DNA of 64,000 nucleotides. Origin: Minutocellus sp. GHC0000111 (Eukaryota). A program made the translations under genes and the position numbers. The notes below the pieces were generated by a model, which saw nothing but the letters and a program-made list of their open reading frames with translations, searched no databases and had not been told where the DNA came from. The stretch spans positions 1 to 64,000 of the forward strand of contig OZ361259.1 of the NCBI GenBank assembly GCA_977018835.1. The letters run 5' to 3'. The number at the start of each line of letters is the position of its first letter. Position 1 is the first letter of the stretch. Below are positions 46,731-59,510 of the stretch, piece by piece.

Positions 46731-49191
46731 ATGTCGGGCGGCGAAGGAACGGCTGGAGGAGGACCGCCCATGATCCCCCCTCCGTCTCCGGGGAACAATT
46801 CGGTCGCCAGCGGCCTGACTTCGGCGTCGGGCGGGCCTGGGGGGTCGGTCGTTTCGGCCGGTACTGCCACCGCTGGTAGTGCGGCGCCGTCGCAAACCAC
46901 GACGCCATTGCGGAATGCTTCGGGCGGACAGCAGCAGCAGCAACAACAATTCACGGCCGCGACCGCCGCGGCGCTCGCGCCGGCCTGGCCCAATCTGTCC
47001 AGCGGCGGCGGCGTCCCGTCGAGTCCGGTGGCTCGGACCAATACGGCAAACGCAAACGCAAATGCAATGCCTGGAACTCCATTGCAGCAGACCAAGGCGG
47101 TACTATCGGCGCAGCAGCAGCAGGGCACGCCCCTCGTGGCGGCGGCCAGTCCCGGAGGAGCTGGCGGTGGACAGGCCCCCTATGCAAGTCCCGGACCGGC
47201 GGCTGCTGCTGCAAGCGGCGGCGGAGCTGTTAATACGACGCCCATGCGAGCGCCACAAAACACTGCGGCTGCAGCAGCGGCGATATCGTCGCCCAGCAAT
47301 GCCTCCCAACAACAACAACAACAGTCCATCGGTCCGCCCCCGCCGACGCCCGTCCAGCCCCACCCGGGAGCCCCTCCGCCGCTCGTGCCGTCCCTCTCCA
47401 CGCAAACGTCGGCCAGCGCCGCCAGCACCGAGCAGGGGGTGGCGCTGGGGGTCGAGGCCCTCGAGAGGCAGCAGGCCCTGGTCGAGCAGCGACGGGCCAG
47501 CGCGGCGGCCGTGGTCAGGCAAAGGCAGGCGCAGTTCCAGGCCCAGCAGGCTCAACAACAGCAGGCTCAACAGCAGCTTCAGGCAAGGAACCAACAACAG
47601 CAGCAGACAAGACATCCGCAGGCCCCGCCCTCGATGCCGACGGGTGCCGGTGGTGCCAGCGGTGGGATGCCACCGTCGTATCCGGTGCCACGATATCCCG
47701 GCGGCACCGACGACGACACGGTCCCCAGCTCCGTCAGCGGGGGAGGAGGAGGCGCTGTAGCTGCAACAGCTACCTCAAGGCCAAGGAGCGGCAGCAACAG
47801 CGGTGGTAGCAGCAATGTTCGCAGGTCCGGGTCGTTCGCCAAGCTCCTCACGCCGTTGGTAAGTTATGTTTTTTCTTTTTTGAGTTTCAGCAGGCATGCA
47901 TTGTATACGTACAAAGGTGGCATTGGTTTTTGGGGGGGACACTCAATCAACACTACTCACTCATCCTTAACTTTTTTAACACTTCACATCTCTGCCCCTT
48001 GTTCCCATAAATGTCTCTCCACAGAAACGGCTATCGTCGACGGGACCCGAAGGAAAGGAGGGGAAGACCCCGTCGAGCGCTGCCGGTACCGAGCTCATGT
48101 CCCCACCGCCCGGTCAGCCGCAGCAATTGCGGCAGCGCAACAACCCGGCCGGGGATGACAATGACGACGACGACCCAGAAGAAGGGATGTGGGCCGACCA
48201 CGAGGTGAAGCCGTTGGTGTACGGCTACCTGCACAAGCTCGGTCGGAACGGGCAGTGGCAGAAGCGCTTCTTCGAGACCGACGGAGAGTGCCTCACGTAC
48301 TACAAGACCCGCAAACGGACCAAGTTGCTGGCCAGCCTCGATCTGCTCAAGGTGGGCGACATCCGCTGCGACGAGGAGGATCCCGAGGGATGCGTCTTTG
48401 CCATCCAGGTGTCCGACCGGCCCTACTACCTCCGGGCCGAGACCAAGGCCGCGTGCAAGGACTGGGTGATCAACCTGAACCGCGTGCGGGAGGCTCGGTT
48501 GGAGATTGGCGGCATTCAGCTGGTCCAGCCGCACTTTAGTCATGAGTACAATGAGATTGAGGTGGTCGATGGCGGGAGTGCCGGCGGCGGCGGCGGTGGT
48601 GATCGGAATCGATCGGAGTCGGACGAGTATGCCGCCAGGGTTGTTATGATTGCCAATCGCAACCGAACGAGGGCCATTGCTACGACGGAAACGGAGGAGT
48701 CGCTCAAGAAAATGATTCAGAACCAGAGAGCGAGCAGTGTGGACTTTGGCGGTGCTTCCGCGGCCGATCTCTTGAACGCCCCGCCATCGCCAGGCAAGTC
48801 TGGAACGGAGGGTGGCCTTAGCCTTCCTCATTCTCCTGGCGGCCGAGTGTTGGCCGACCATCTTCCGCCCGTCGTCCTTGCCCGGTGGCAGAAGCGCCGG
48901 TCCAACCTCCAGCGCCTCCGGTATCGACTGACTCAGTGGGCCCGCAAGATCAACGTGATGGCCTGCACGGTCATCCCTCACCACGACGTGGCGCACGAGT
49001 ACACTCCCGACACTGCCAACTTCGCCGCCGATCACGTTTCCGGTGCCGGTGCCGCCGTCCGTGGCACCGCCAAGCTTAGCGACATTGACGAGCACAGCCG
49101 CGAGCAGGATGTGCACCAAGTCGACAGCGCCATCTCCTCCGGCGGCGAAAGCGGCGGCGATTACGACGAGGAACCCCGCGAGCTTTCTTAG
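46731..49191 (+). CDS. PH-domain protein with a Q/A/P/G-rich N-terminus
   Basis: YGYLHKLGRNGQWQKRFFETDGECLTYYK...YYLRAETKAACKDWVINLN. Intron 47859-48024 (GTAAGT..CAG) keeps the frame. Confidence 0.85.
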
Positions 49192-49400
49192 TATGAGCAG
49201 GCAGCTGTACAGTGCCAGTGTTGAACGATTATTATATATATGCACGATTGTGATCTTAGAACAAAAGCTGGGTGTACTGCCGTTGCTTTCTTCGTTCTCC
49301 TATTTATGGTTTATAAAATATATACGTATGTTGATGTGAAACAATATCTATTGATTGTTATAATTGATGCTTGCTACGGTAGCTAGCATGCATAGCTCGC

Positions 49401-50857
49401 TTACTCTGTCTCTGCTGCGGCCTCATCGTTCTGGTCCCTGGACCATATGGAAAGACCGATTCCGCCGGACAATATTGTTGCCACAAATGCCAGCGCAACC
49501 TCCGTGGCGATTTCAAAGCCCAGATATTCCGCAATCATCTTCGATCCGATAAAACGCAGGACGACCGCCACGGCAGGTTCCAAATATTCCAGATCGGACG
49601 CCGCCTTGGACAGGATCGTGTAGAGACTCCGAAGTCCCATAATAGCAAACATGTTCGACGTAAACACAACCAATGGGTTCTATTGAGGTTTGGAAAAGGG
49701 AAATGTCGGTTAGTAAGAGAAATATGAAAATATATTATGCAATCATCGAAGCAAATCACTGAGCAAGACCTTTCCCGACCCCCCCTTTCCCCCAAAGCTC
49801 CAACTCAGCTCACCTCTGTAACACCAAAGACGGCGGGGATACTATCGACGGCAAAGACGACGTCACTAATCTCCACAGCAATCATACAAATGAACAGAGG
49901 CGTGGCCTTCTTCACTCCCTCAATGACGGTGAAGAAACGATCACCGTCGTAATCATCGGACGAATCGATCAGCTTCCGGCTGAACTGCACGATGGTATTT
50001 TCCGACATGTCCTCCTCCTCGTCATCGTCTCCGCCAAGCAGAACATTGGCCGAGGAGTAGACCAAAATACCCGCAAATACCAGCAGGATGGCATGGAACT
50101 GCTTCAATGCCGCCGCACCGACGCCGATGAGGACGGCCCGCATCACAATGGCTCCGTAGATGCCCCAATTCAACACCCGGTCCTGATACGACAGGGGGAC
50201 CTTGAAGTAGTCAAACAGCAGAAGGAAGACGAACAGATTGTCCACGCTGAGACTTTGCTCGACGAGATACCCGGCGACGAACTCCTCGGCCGTGACGGGA
50301 CCGGCCAACGCGAAGAGGCCGGCGGCGAAGACGGCGGCACCGCCCACCCAGGCCAGGGTCCTGCCGATGGCCTGCTGGTAGATGTCGTCGGGGAGGGGCT
50401 CGTCGAGGAGGACGGTGGGAAGGCCGCCGGGCGACAGGGCCGATTTGGTCGGGTTTTGGTCGGTCTCGCCACCCTTGACGGCATCCTTGCTCATTCGGAG
50501 GGCCGTCGGAGTCAAACTACTGCCCGCAGTACTGCTCCGACGAGCTGCTGAGATACCACCAACGCCCAATCCTATTTGTCGAGAAATGCATCCATTCTTA
50601 TTAGTGTTGCCGCTAATATTGACCGAAATCCCGCCAAAGGCGGCAGATACCGCAGAAGAAGCCGAGGGAGCACAAGCTGCTGCTGATGCTGGGCCCGCAG
50701 CAGCAGCAGGCCCGAACGCCGCGGTCGGCGAAGTCAGGCATGCCGCCGCCGCGACGCACGCCAACGATATTCTCCTGCCGGAAGATACTACAGATGGCAC
50801 CAGCGGCCGTCGGCTGTTGTTTGGCATGATAGCGCTGCTGATGCTCATGCTGTGCAT
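49401..50857 (-). CDS. terC: TerC-family membrane protein, likely plastid
   Basis: GYLVEQSLSVDNLFVF, SDVVFAVDSIPAVFGVTE|NPLVVFTSNMFAIMGLRSLY. Intron 49680-49813. Start ATG uncertain (50857, 50848 or 50827). Confidence 0.9.
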
Positions 50858-51073
50858 GAATGAGCGAGGGCAATACGAGCTCGTAGTAGGCCTACTGAGT
50901 GGTGGGAGCAGCCGAGAGCGGCGGCGGCAAAGGTGTGGATCGCCATGGTCGGTCGGGCGTCGGGCACATACGTGGCACAAAAGTGGCCTCGTCATATCGA
51001 CGTAAGCTGTTTTTGGGAAACGCTCGATCTTCGCCACACCGCCACACACTTTTCGGATCCGCCGACCTTCAAG

Positions 51074-53491
51074 ATGATGTCTTCGATGGTACGCCGCTGC
51101 CCACCCGCGGCCATATCTGGTGCCGTAGGAGTTGCAGTAGCATCTCTACTAGCAAATATTCCGAAGGAACGAAACGCAACACATGATCTCGACGATGATT
51201 CTGAAGCAGCAGATGAGAAAGCCCTTGGCCAGCAGACTTTTCGATTTGGTCTACCCCTTGTCGGCTTCCTTCCGCCGTCCAGCACCTGCGCGTGTGAGGG
51301 CAGAGACGGCGGCTACAAGTTCAACCTCCGTCGTCATCAGACGATGCAAATGTTGAGCCAAACGTCGACGGCGGCAACGCTCAAATCGCGCTACGATGTG
51401 GACTGGGACAACCCGCTCGGCGAGGGGGCCTTCGGCGCGGTATATCTGTGCACCAATCGCGATACCGGTCAAAAGTATGCCCTCAAAAAGATATCCAAGA
51501 GGCTGACCAACAAAGCTTCCTTCATGCGAGAAATTGATGCGCTGATGCACGTTCGGGAGAGTGGCGGGCATCCCAATATCTGTCGACTGATTGAGAACTT
51601 TGATGAGGGTGGATACTATTACCTGGTTTTGGATTTGATTTCGGGTGGGGAGCTGTTCGATCAGTTGGCTAGGTCGGGACCGTACTCGGAGGCCGACGCG
51701 GCAAGGCTGGTGCGAGAGGTGGCATCTGCGTTGGCATACCTGCATGGTGTTGGCATAGTCCATTCCGATTTGAAGCCGGAGGTGAGTATTGAACCCTTGC
51801 TATATTTGCGGGTGATCTCTGTACTCTTAATTTTTGTCTTACTAAGCCATCCTTCTTTTCCTTCAGAACATTATGCTAAGCACACCAAACAAAACAGATG
51901 CAGTCATTAAAGTTGTAGATATGGGCACCGCCGAAATTACAGAAAAGGCAGATAAAAAGATGTGGCGACGCAGTGGCGGAAATACGCCAGCGTACGCTCC
52001 TCCCGAAGCTTTTGGAAATGTGCGAGGCGCCCTTAGCCCAAGTTATGACATGTGGGCCCTTGGAATCATTGTCTATATTATGCTCACTGGGATGCACCCG
52101 TTCGATTTGGACGGAAGAGCGACGGATGGAGAGATTGAGGAAAAGATTCGACAGCGCAAATCACCACCTCTTCGCAACTCACCCATCACGGCTCACCTAT
52201 CAGATTCCGCCATTGATTTGATTGAGCGCCTCATGGCATGGCGGCCTAGGCGACGAATGACAGCCATGCAAATGCTGGAGCATCCTTGGGTTCGTGGTGA
52301 GACGGCCAGAACCAAGAAGATTGCCGAGTCAGATAAGAGGCTCAAACTGTACAAACCATTCCAGACAAAGCTTGAGGCCAAGGTTTTCAGCGATTGGTGC
52401 ACCAAGGCACCGGCCTCTGACGAAGCCAAACAGACGTCTCTGATTGAACGGGCATTCAATGAAATTGCAGAGGGGAAGGGCTATGTTACTACCACTGATT
52501 TGAATAGAACTCTCAGCAAGGGTAGCAAAGGATCACCGGGAGGCGACGGCAAGGTTGCTTTAGGTCTCTCGGGGTTTAGCGATTTGCTTTCCGATCACAT
52601 GGAAAGCAAGTACTATCCGAGAGGACACACGATCTACAAACAAGGCGCTAAGGGCGATGCTATTTACTTCATAAATTCAGGAACGGTGGAAGTTTCAACA
52701 AAAGATGGATTTCGGACCAAATTATCGCAGGGAGATCTTTTCGGCGAGGGGGCTCTACTTGATCCAAACGGCCGTCGTAGCGCAAGTATCACGTGCTTGA
52801 CTCCCGTCCATGCCATTCGAATCGGTCAAAACTATTTTGAGAAGTATGTCAGATCTAGCGATGAGCTCAATCTGAGGCTTAGGGAGCGCGATCGTTTCAG
52901 AAAAAGGGATCGAGCCAAGACAATTCTACGTCAACAAAAAAATATGCGTGCATTCGACATTTCTGAGGGGGGGTCTTGTTTGAGCATGGAGATGAAGGCG
53001 ATGCACTTTATATTGTAGAAGAAGGCAAGCTTGATCTAAAATCCAAGGGAGGGGAAACAGTGCTCAGCATTGGTGCCAGCGATATTTGCGGTCTCCACGC
53101 CTTGCTGATGGATAAACCAAGAAATACAACAGCCGTTTGTGCCAGTGAGAAGTGCATTCTCCAGGAAATGCCGGCATCAGAATTTTTCAAGCTTTACAAT
53201 TCTTCTGACAGTATCGGTAAGAGTCTGCGTGAAGTTGCAGCGCGAAGAGATTTTCTCAAGGCAATTGTCACACTTACTGGCAAGACTTTCAAAGACTCCC
53301 ACTTGCGTGAAGCATTCGATGCCGTGGATCTTGATCAATCAGGGGCGATTAATTTATCGAAATTGAAAGAGCTATTGAATGTTCTTGATCCGACGCTATC
53401 GGATAAAGTTGTCCAGAACGTAATGGAGGCAATGGATATCAATTCGGTCCGAGGCGATGTGCCGGAGGATACGGTTGAGCTCGGCCGCTGA
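51074..53491 (+). pseudogene. CAMK/CDPK-like kinase with EF-hands and two cNMP-binding domains; frameshifted at ~52970 and cut at 53445
   Basis: LGEGAFGAV, ALKKI, HSDLKPE|N (intron 51782-51866), DMWALG, FGEGALL..RRSASITC, PRNTTAVC and DLDQSGAINLSKL. The last EF loop (MDINS) is cut by the duplication junction. Confidence 0.85.
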
Positions 53492-54043
53492 TTGATTCAT
53501 GATGCATTTATTTGATGCCGAGGGAAGTAGTTGTGAAGGCGGCAGCTCCTACTTTGGGACGGCAAGAGAGGTGACACCACTTCTACTTTTGGCGCCACAA
53601 ATTTGTGAAAATTGAAATCGGGTCGTCTTGTGCCACTTCGGCTCCGTCCGTCCGGCTTCACAAGATCAAAAGTACAGTGTCGCCTCTGCCTGATTCTACG
53701 AGCCTGCCGGTTCGCCGAACGATCGTTTTTTCCAGACCACCGGCACATCGGCACTCGGACCTCGGCACCTTTGCCTACCGGCCGTGCCAAATAACTGCTA
53801 GAGTTCAAAGGGGTCAAGATACTGACCATCAGGGTGTGTCGGTGGTTGAGATATCCATCAGTCGCACCGTGAGATCGGCGCGAGATCTTGGGGGATTAAA
53901 CGGCACATCTTGTGTTCGTTTGTGCAGCAAAATTAATTGATTGCGTTCTCTGCACGAGCTTTGCGGGAGCCCCAAACGAAGCAGAGCCCGGTCTTGGTTA
54001 TTTGTCTGTTTGTTTGCTGTCGGCTTGAATTGACTTGGAAGCA

Positions 54044-57000
54044 ATGGAGACCCCAAGCAATGGCCAGGCATACCAGGAGATGCCGGACGAGGGCAACGAT
54101 CAGCAGGAGCAAATTGGCGTCGGTCCGCAACACATGAACGCAACGATCGGCACTGGTACCAATGATGATGATGCCAACAACATCAATAATACTGCTTTGC
54201 CAAGATCACGAACCGCGGAAAGCTACGAAGATTTCGCCCCGGCTGCGTCGACCATGTCCAGCCTCGGACAGAGCATCGCCCACACCCGCACGTCGTCGTA
54301 CAATTCCAACGCCAGTCACATCGGACCCCTAATGTATGCCGCCGGGTATCGGCCGGGACAGAATCACTTTGTGGATACTACTGGCAGCGGCCACTACGGA
54401 GAAACTGCGGCCGGCACAGCAGCGGGAGACTACGTTGCGCCGGTAAATTTCGACGTCACTACGGGAGATTACGTGGCGCCGGTAAACTTTCAAGGGCCGC
54501 AATCGCCGCTATCACCGGGACCTGGTGTCGGGCTGGGCGATCGGTCGGCCTATCCCTCCATCGAGCGGGTCAATTCCGACGACACGCACAACACCTATGC
54601 CAGCTGGGCGTACGAGCGGGCCCTGTCGGCACAGATGCAGCTCGATCAGATGAAGCGGTCCAAGAACGGACCTACTAGAAGGGGGAAGCGAAGGTCGCAC
54701 TTTTTGCCATGGAAGAAGAATCAGCAGGCAGCGGCATCCAGCAAACATTCCGACGGGGCCGATGGGTCGGACGGGGCCAAGTTGGACACTTGGTACGGTG
54801 TGTTCTTGCCCTGTTTGTCGCAGATTCTGGGCATTATTTTTTATCTCCGTCTGCCGACCATTACCGCCCAGGCCGGTTGCATCGGTGCCACGGCCATCAT
54901 TGCCATCTGCGTTTTGAGTACCTTCGTTACGTCCCTGTCGTTGAGTGCCATCGCTACGAACGGTACCATCCAGGCAGGTGGTCCGTACTACATTATCAGC
55001 AGAACACTTGGAGTGGAGATTGGAGGATCACTCGGTCTGCTCTTTTATCTGGGCAACACCATCGGGGCTGCCATGTATGTTCTCGGTGCCGTAGAGGCCT
55101 TTCAGACTGATTTGGACTTGTATGGTGCCCCCGCCGAGGAGGCCGCCGAGGAAGAGCTCGATGATCTCGTTGCATTCTATGAGATTGATGACGACGACGA
55201 AGAGGAGGAAGAATACGTCGACCCCAACGCTGTGATAGAAGAGGAGGAGGATGATGACTGGTTTGGCAATGCCGAGATCGCCAGCATGGTCCTCATGTTC
55301 ATCCTTGCCGGCATGGTGGGAATCGGTGGTATGAAATACATCTCCCGCGCTACCGGAACCTTTCTGTCAGTGAATGCGTTGTCCGTCTTCAGCATCCTCT
55401 TTGGTGCGGCACTGTTTGGGTTGCAAGTATGGGATGGATCTCTTACTTCAAATGAGCGAGCATTTGGTAAAAATCTGTGGCCCAAATTCAGTCCCGACCC
55501 CAAAACAGGCATCACTCCGACATGGGCCAGCCTTTTGGCTCTCTTCTATCCCAGTGTTACCGGAATCATGGCCGGAACCAACCGAAGTGGCAAGCTTGCC
55601 AAACCATCAAAAAGTATTCCAACGGGAACCATATCCGCCATCACCGTCACGTCTCTGCTCTACTTCATCCAGGTCTGGTTGGTCGGTAATGTAGTTACCC
55701 GCAAGGCTCTCATGGAGAACAAGCTCATCCTTGCCTGTTTGGCGTGGCCATCGCGCTTCGTCATCAAGGCCGGTATCATCACCGCATCGATCGGTGCCGC
55801 TCTTCAATGTTTGGCAGGTGCGCCTCAGCTACTGGCCGCCATTGCCGTTGACGATGCCATCCCGTATCTACGATTTGTCAAACCCTACGACTTTCATGAT
55901 GACATTGTCACTCAGAAAAATGCCAACCCCTCCGCTGCCATTTTTGTTACTTATATCATCGCCAGTGCAGCATCCTTGGTGGGAAATCTTGATCACATCA
56001 CTCCACTTTTGACCAATTGCTTTCTACTTATGTATGGTGGCATTAATCTCTGTGCTTTCTTGTTGGGATGGATCAATGCACCGGGATTTCGTCCGAGTTT
56101 TCGCTTCTACAACAAGCATGTATCTCTTCTCGGTGCCATCCTTTGTCTATTATTGTCATTTTCCATCAGCTGGTTCATGGCGGTCCTTGCCATTGGCCTC
56201 TTTTTCATAAATTACATTTACATACGCAAGGTGCGACAGATCAATGAGATGTCTGCCGAGTACAAGTCAATGGGTGGTCCCAATGATACCAAAAATCTCG
56301 GTGATATTGGCGACAGCCTCAGGTATAAAATCACAATGATGGTGCTCATGAATGTAACGAGTACGGAGAACTTCCATGCCAAAAATTGGAGGCCGCAGCT
56401 GTTGACAATTGTCGATACTGACGATGCCGGAGTTCCTCAAAATATGGAACTTATTGCCCTCGCTGCTCAGCTCAAGAAGGGAAGAGGCCTCAACGTAATT
56501 TTGTCTGTGAAGCGTGGTTCAATTGTCAAGCCCGGGGCATATGAAGCAATGATGGGGTGCCGGCGCGTGTTGAAACGCTACATGGCAAGAGAAGGCCTCG
56601 AGGGATATGCATCAATTTCAGTTACTCATCAGGAATTCAGTGATTCCGTCCTTGCTTCTGTAATGTCCACCGGCATCGGTCCCGTTTCACCAAACCTCAT
56701 TATGCTTCCTTTCCTCCGAGATTACAAGAAGCGAGTGAATCGAGCCGAAGAAATGGTGAAAACAATCAAGGGTCTCACGATTCTGAAGCGAGCCGTTGTC
56801 CTATTCAAGGGCAGTTCAACGTATCCGCGAAAAGGAAAGTCGTTGGATGAAGGCCAGATCGATATTTATTGGGTAGTTGAGGAGGGTGGCCTGTGTCTTC
56901 TATTGCCTTACCTGCTATCACAGCATCGTATTTGGCGCAAAAACACAACCCTTCGCATTTTTGCCGTGGCAACCGATCCCAATGAGGATTTGGAACAACT

Positions 57001-57652
57001 TGAGGCATCTGTATTGGACTATTGCGAAAGTGTTCGAATTAAGGCGACCGTCAACGTGATTGATATGGCGAGATCGACAATCGCCACGGACATGACGAGA
57101 TCAAACTCACCCTCAGGCAAGGGCGAGAGACGGCATCCGTACCAAAGCCTTGATCCTTACGAGCACCGATTGACAATATCTAAAGCGCTGAATCAGTCTC
57201 AAGACTATGATGGGTCCAAAGTTGTCGTTGGCGACACGCCCAGAGCGTCCAGTACTAGAAAAATGTTGAGCTTTGAGGAGGAGGACAATATCCGTAATGG
57301 ATCCCAGCCGAGATCACCAAGTAAGAAGGCTCGGTCTCCGAGGGCTTTGGATTCCGGTGATCTGGACACCTCTACGTCTTTCGCAGAGGCATTGCAGAGG
57401 CCATCGATGAGTCATGCCGTCGATGAAGATTATGCAGCGGACGGCCCTCAGATGCAGACTGCAAAAATGTTCAACAACATCATTCGATTTTATTCGCATT
57501 CCTCAAACCTCGTTGTGACCAACATGCCCCTCGTTGAGAGTATGCCTGATACTCAATTCTTCTTTTCCTACATCGAACGATTATCGATGTGCGTTGATAA
57601 CATCATGCTTGTAAAGGGCAGCGAGCATGAGGTGGTTACAACCGTAGGATAA
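54044..57652 (+). CDS. Cation-chloride cotransporter (SLC12/CCC), copy 2, intact
   Basis: Single ~1200-aa ORF with the same motifs as copy 1. Confidence 0.92.
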   Translation: METPSNGQAYQEMPDEGNDQQEQIGVGPQHMNATIGTGTNDDDANNINNTALPRSRTAESYEDFAPAASTMSSLGQSIAHTRTSSYNSNASHIGPLMYAAGYRPGQNHFVDTTGSGHYGETAAGTAAGDYVAPVNFDVTTGDYVAPVNFQGPQSPLSPGPGVGLGDRSAYPSIERVNSDDTHNTYASWAYERALSAQMQLDQMKRSKNGPTRRGKRRSHFLPWKKNQQAAASSKHSDGADGSDGAKLDTWYGVFLPCLSQILGIIFYLRLPTITAQAGCIGATAIIAICVLSTFVTSLSLSAIATNGTIQAGGPYYIISRTLGVEIGGSLGLLFYLGNTIGAAMYVLGAVEAFQTDLDLYGAPAEEAAEEELDDLVAFYEIDDDDEEEEEYVDPNAVIEEEEDDDWFGNAEIASMVLMFILAGMVGIGGMKYISRATGTFLSVNALSVFSILFGAALFGLQVWDGSLTSNERAFGKNLWPKFSPDPKTGITPTWASLLALFYPSVTGIMAGTNRSGKLAKPSKSIPTGTISAITVTSLLYFIQVWLVGNVVTRKALMENKLILACLAWPSRFVIKAGIITASIGAALQCLAGAPQLLAAIAVDDAIPYLRFVKPYDFHDDIVTQKNANPSAAIFVTYIIASAASLVGNLDHITPLLTNCFLLMYGGINLCAFLLGWINAPGFRPSFRFYNKHVSLLGAILCLLLSFSISWFMAVLAIGLFFINYIYIRKVRQINEMSAEYKSMGGPNDTKNLGDIGDSLRYKITMMVLMNVTSTENFHAKNWRPQLLTIVDTDDAGVPQNMELIALAAQLKKGRGLNVILSVKRGSIVKPGAYEAMMGCRRVLKRYMAREGLEGYASISVTHQEFSDSVLASVMSTGIGPVSPNLIMLPFLRDYKKRVNRAEEMVKTIKGLTILKRAVVLFKGSSTYPRKGKSLDEGQIDIYWVVEEGGLCLLLPYLLSQHRIWRKNTTLRIFAVATDPNEDLEQLEASVLDYCESVRIKATVNVIDMARSTIATDMTRSNSPSGKGERRHPYQSLDPYEHRLTISKALNQSQDYDGSKVVVGDTPRASSTRKMLSFEEEDNIRNGSQPRSPSKKARSPRALDSGDLDTSTSFAEALQRPSMSHAVDEDYAADGPQMQTAKMFNNIIRFYSHSSNLVVTNMPLVESMPDTQFFFSYIERLSMCVDNIMLVKGSEHEVVTTVG

Positions 57653-57722
57653 ATCATTTTTGTATAAAATCTTGCAGAGCTACATGTTTTGAACTTTCTA
57701 TTACCATACATATTCCTAAAAT

Positions 57723-59243
57723 TTAGGCCTTGTAATCGCACTCGGCATCAAGTTGGGTACCCGAAACCTGGATGATGTGACGAGCGGCGTAGTGGCCGGC
57801 GTTGACGGCAGCCTCGATGTCCTTGTCCTGAACAAGCTGGCTGAGGAAACCACCGACAAAGGCATCACCGGCACCGTTGGTGTCAACGAGGAGGTCCTTG
57901 CTGAGGGGCTCAACAGCATACTCGGTAACCTTGCCATCGCGAGCGACGATGGTGGACTTGCCGCCCTGAGTGAAGACGACGGTACGGGGACGAGAAGTGT
58001 TCTTCTTGGGCAAAGCGGCAACCTTCAGAGCAACCTCCTTGAGATCATCACCGAGATCGTGCTTCTTGGCATACGCAGCGGCCTCACTCTCATTGCAGAA
58101 GAGGTAATCAGCATAGGGCATGGCCTCGGCGACCTGATCACCGAAGAAATCAATGATGAAAGGAGCCGAATGGTTCAGGCAGAAGGTCTTGTTCTCGGCA
58201 ACGGCGTGCTCGGCAACGGCCTTGAGCGACTCGACCGAAACGGTGAGGAAGAAACCGGCAATGTAATAGAACTTGGCAGCCTCAATGATCTCCTTGGCCT
58301 TGGGAGTTTCCAAGTGCGAAGGCTTGAAGTTGTTGGCGGCATCGAGCTTGGTCACCAAGGATCGCTCGCCGCCCTTGACAAGGACCGCGCAAACGCCGGT
58401 GGGGGTATCGGCATCCTGCATGTAATGAGTGAGGACACCATCGCCCGCGGCGCACTTGGCCAGAGTCTCGCCGAACTCATCCTTGCCGACACATCCCATG
58501 AAGGCGGTGGCATCGGCCATGCCGGCGCTCTTGAGCATCCACTGAGCAACGCGGATGGAGTTCTGGGTGGCACCGCCGGCAATGTACTTGGGGCTGTAGT
58601 TGTCGACGAGGTCCTTGTAGATGGGCTCGTGCTTCTCCTCGGCGAGGATGGCGGAATCGAGCTGAACCTCGTACTTGTCGAGCATGTCTTGACCGACCTC
58701 GCTGGAAATGTCGAGGAGGGGGTTGCCCATACCCATGAGAAGACCTGTGTTCGGAGAGTGCAGAAGAGGAGATCGGCATGAAAGATATGAGAATATATGT
58801 ATGTGCATGTGTGTTGTGTGGCTAGACGAGGCTGACTTGGGCAAAATTGTCCGTTGAGACTACTTGGTCGAAGCCATCCAATTCCAATTGCCCTCTTCCA
58901 AATGGAACTTTTTGTTCTTCAGGAAACCAATGGCATATCTCCTTGGGTATTTCAGTGAAAAACCCTGACGATCAGTCCGACGTTGCATACATTTCATATG
59001 AGATTGCAATCATCGAAGACCACCAACGTTGCTCCATGAAGCATCAAACGTGAGCCCAACTGGAACTTCTTGTGTTCCATCAGCAATTTCATTGAGAGCC
59101 AATGACGTATGCCCCCCATGCAGGTGAAAGTGAAGGCCAGCACACCACCAGATGTGCCGCATTTTCCTCAGGCATCCTGCCTCATTTCTCTTCTTCTTTG
59201 ATCGAGACCGAAGCGAGCGCGACGCACCGTTGAAGCAAGACAT
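57723..59243 (-). CDS. ADK: Adenosine kinase, copy 2
   Basis: Same structure as copy 1, with one S/G difference. Confidence 0.9.
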
Positions 59244-59510
59244 GGTGGAGGTAGTTGGGTGGATTAACGATGTGCAAAAAGTAGCGATGATACCAAAAAA
59301 TAATGAGCGATGTGGCGCCGAGCCGAGACGATCGGTCGGTTGGCGGCAGGCGGGTGCGAGACAGGCCGAGAAGTCAAAGCGACGGACAGACGGCACGTGC
59401 TCGGATGCTTCGAAGAAATTAGCCACACCTCTCCTATCCTTCGAGCGAGAGTGAGTTGTTAGTTGAGCGAGAGACGAGACGTCATTTCGCATGCGATTGG
59501 AAAGGAAGTC

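Noticed and set aside
48031..49245. 404-aa - strand ORF and other long ORFs across 44200-48200
   Set aside because: GC-rich antisense or alternate-frame shadows of the PH and ARM genes.
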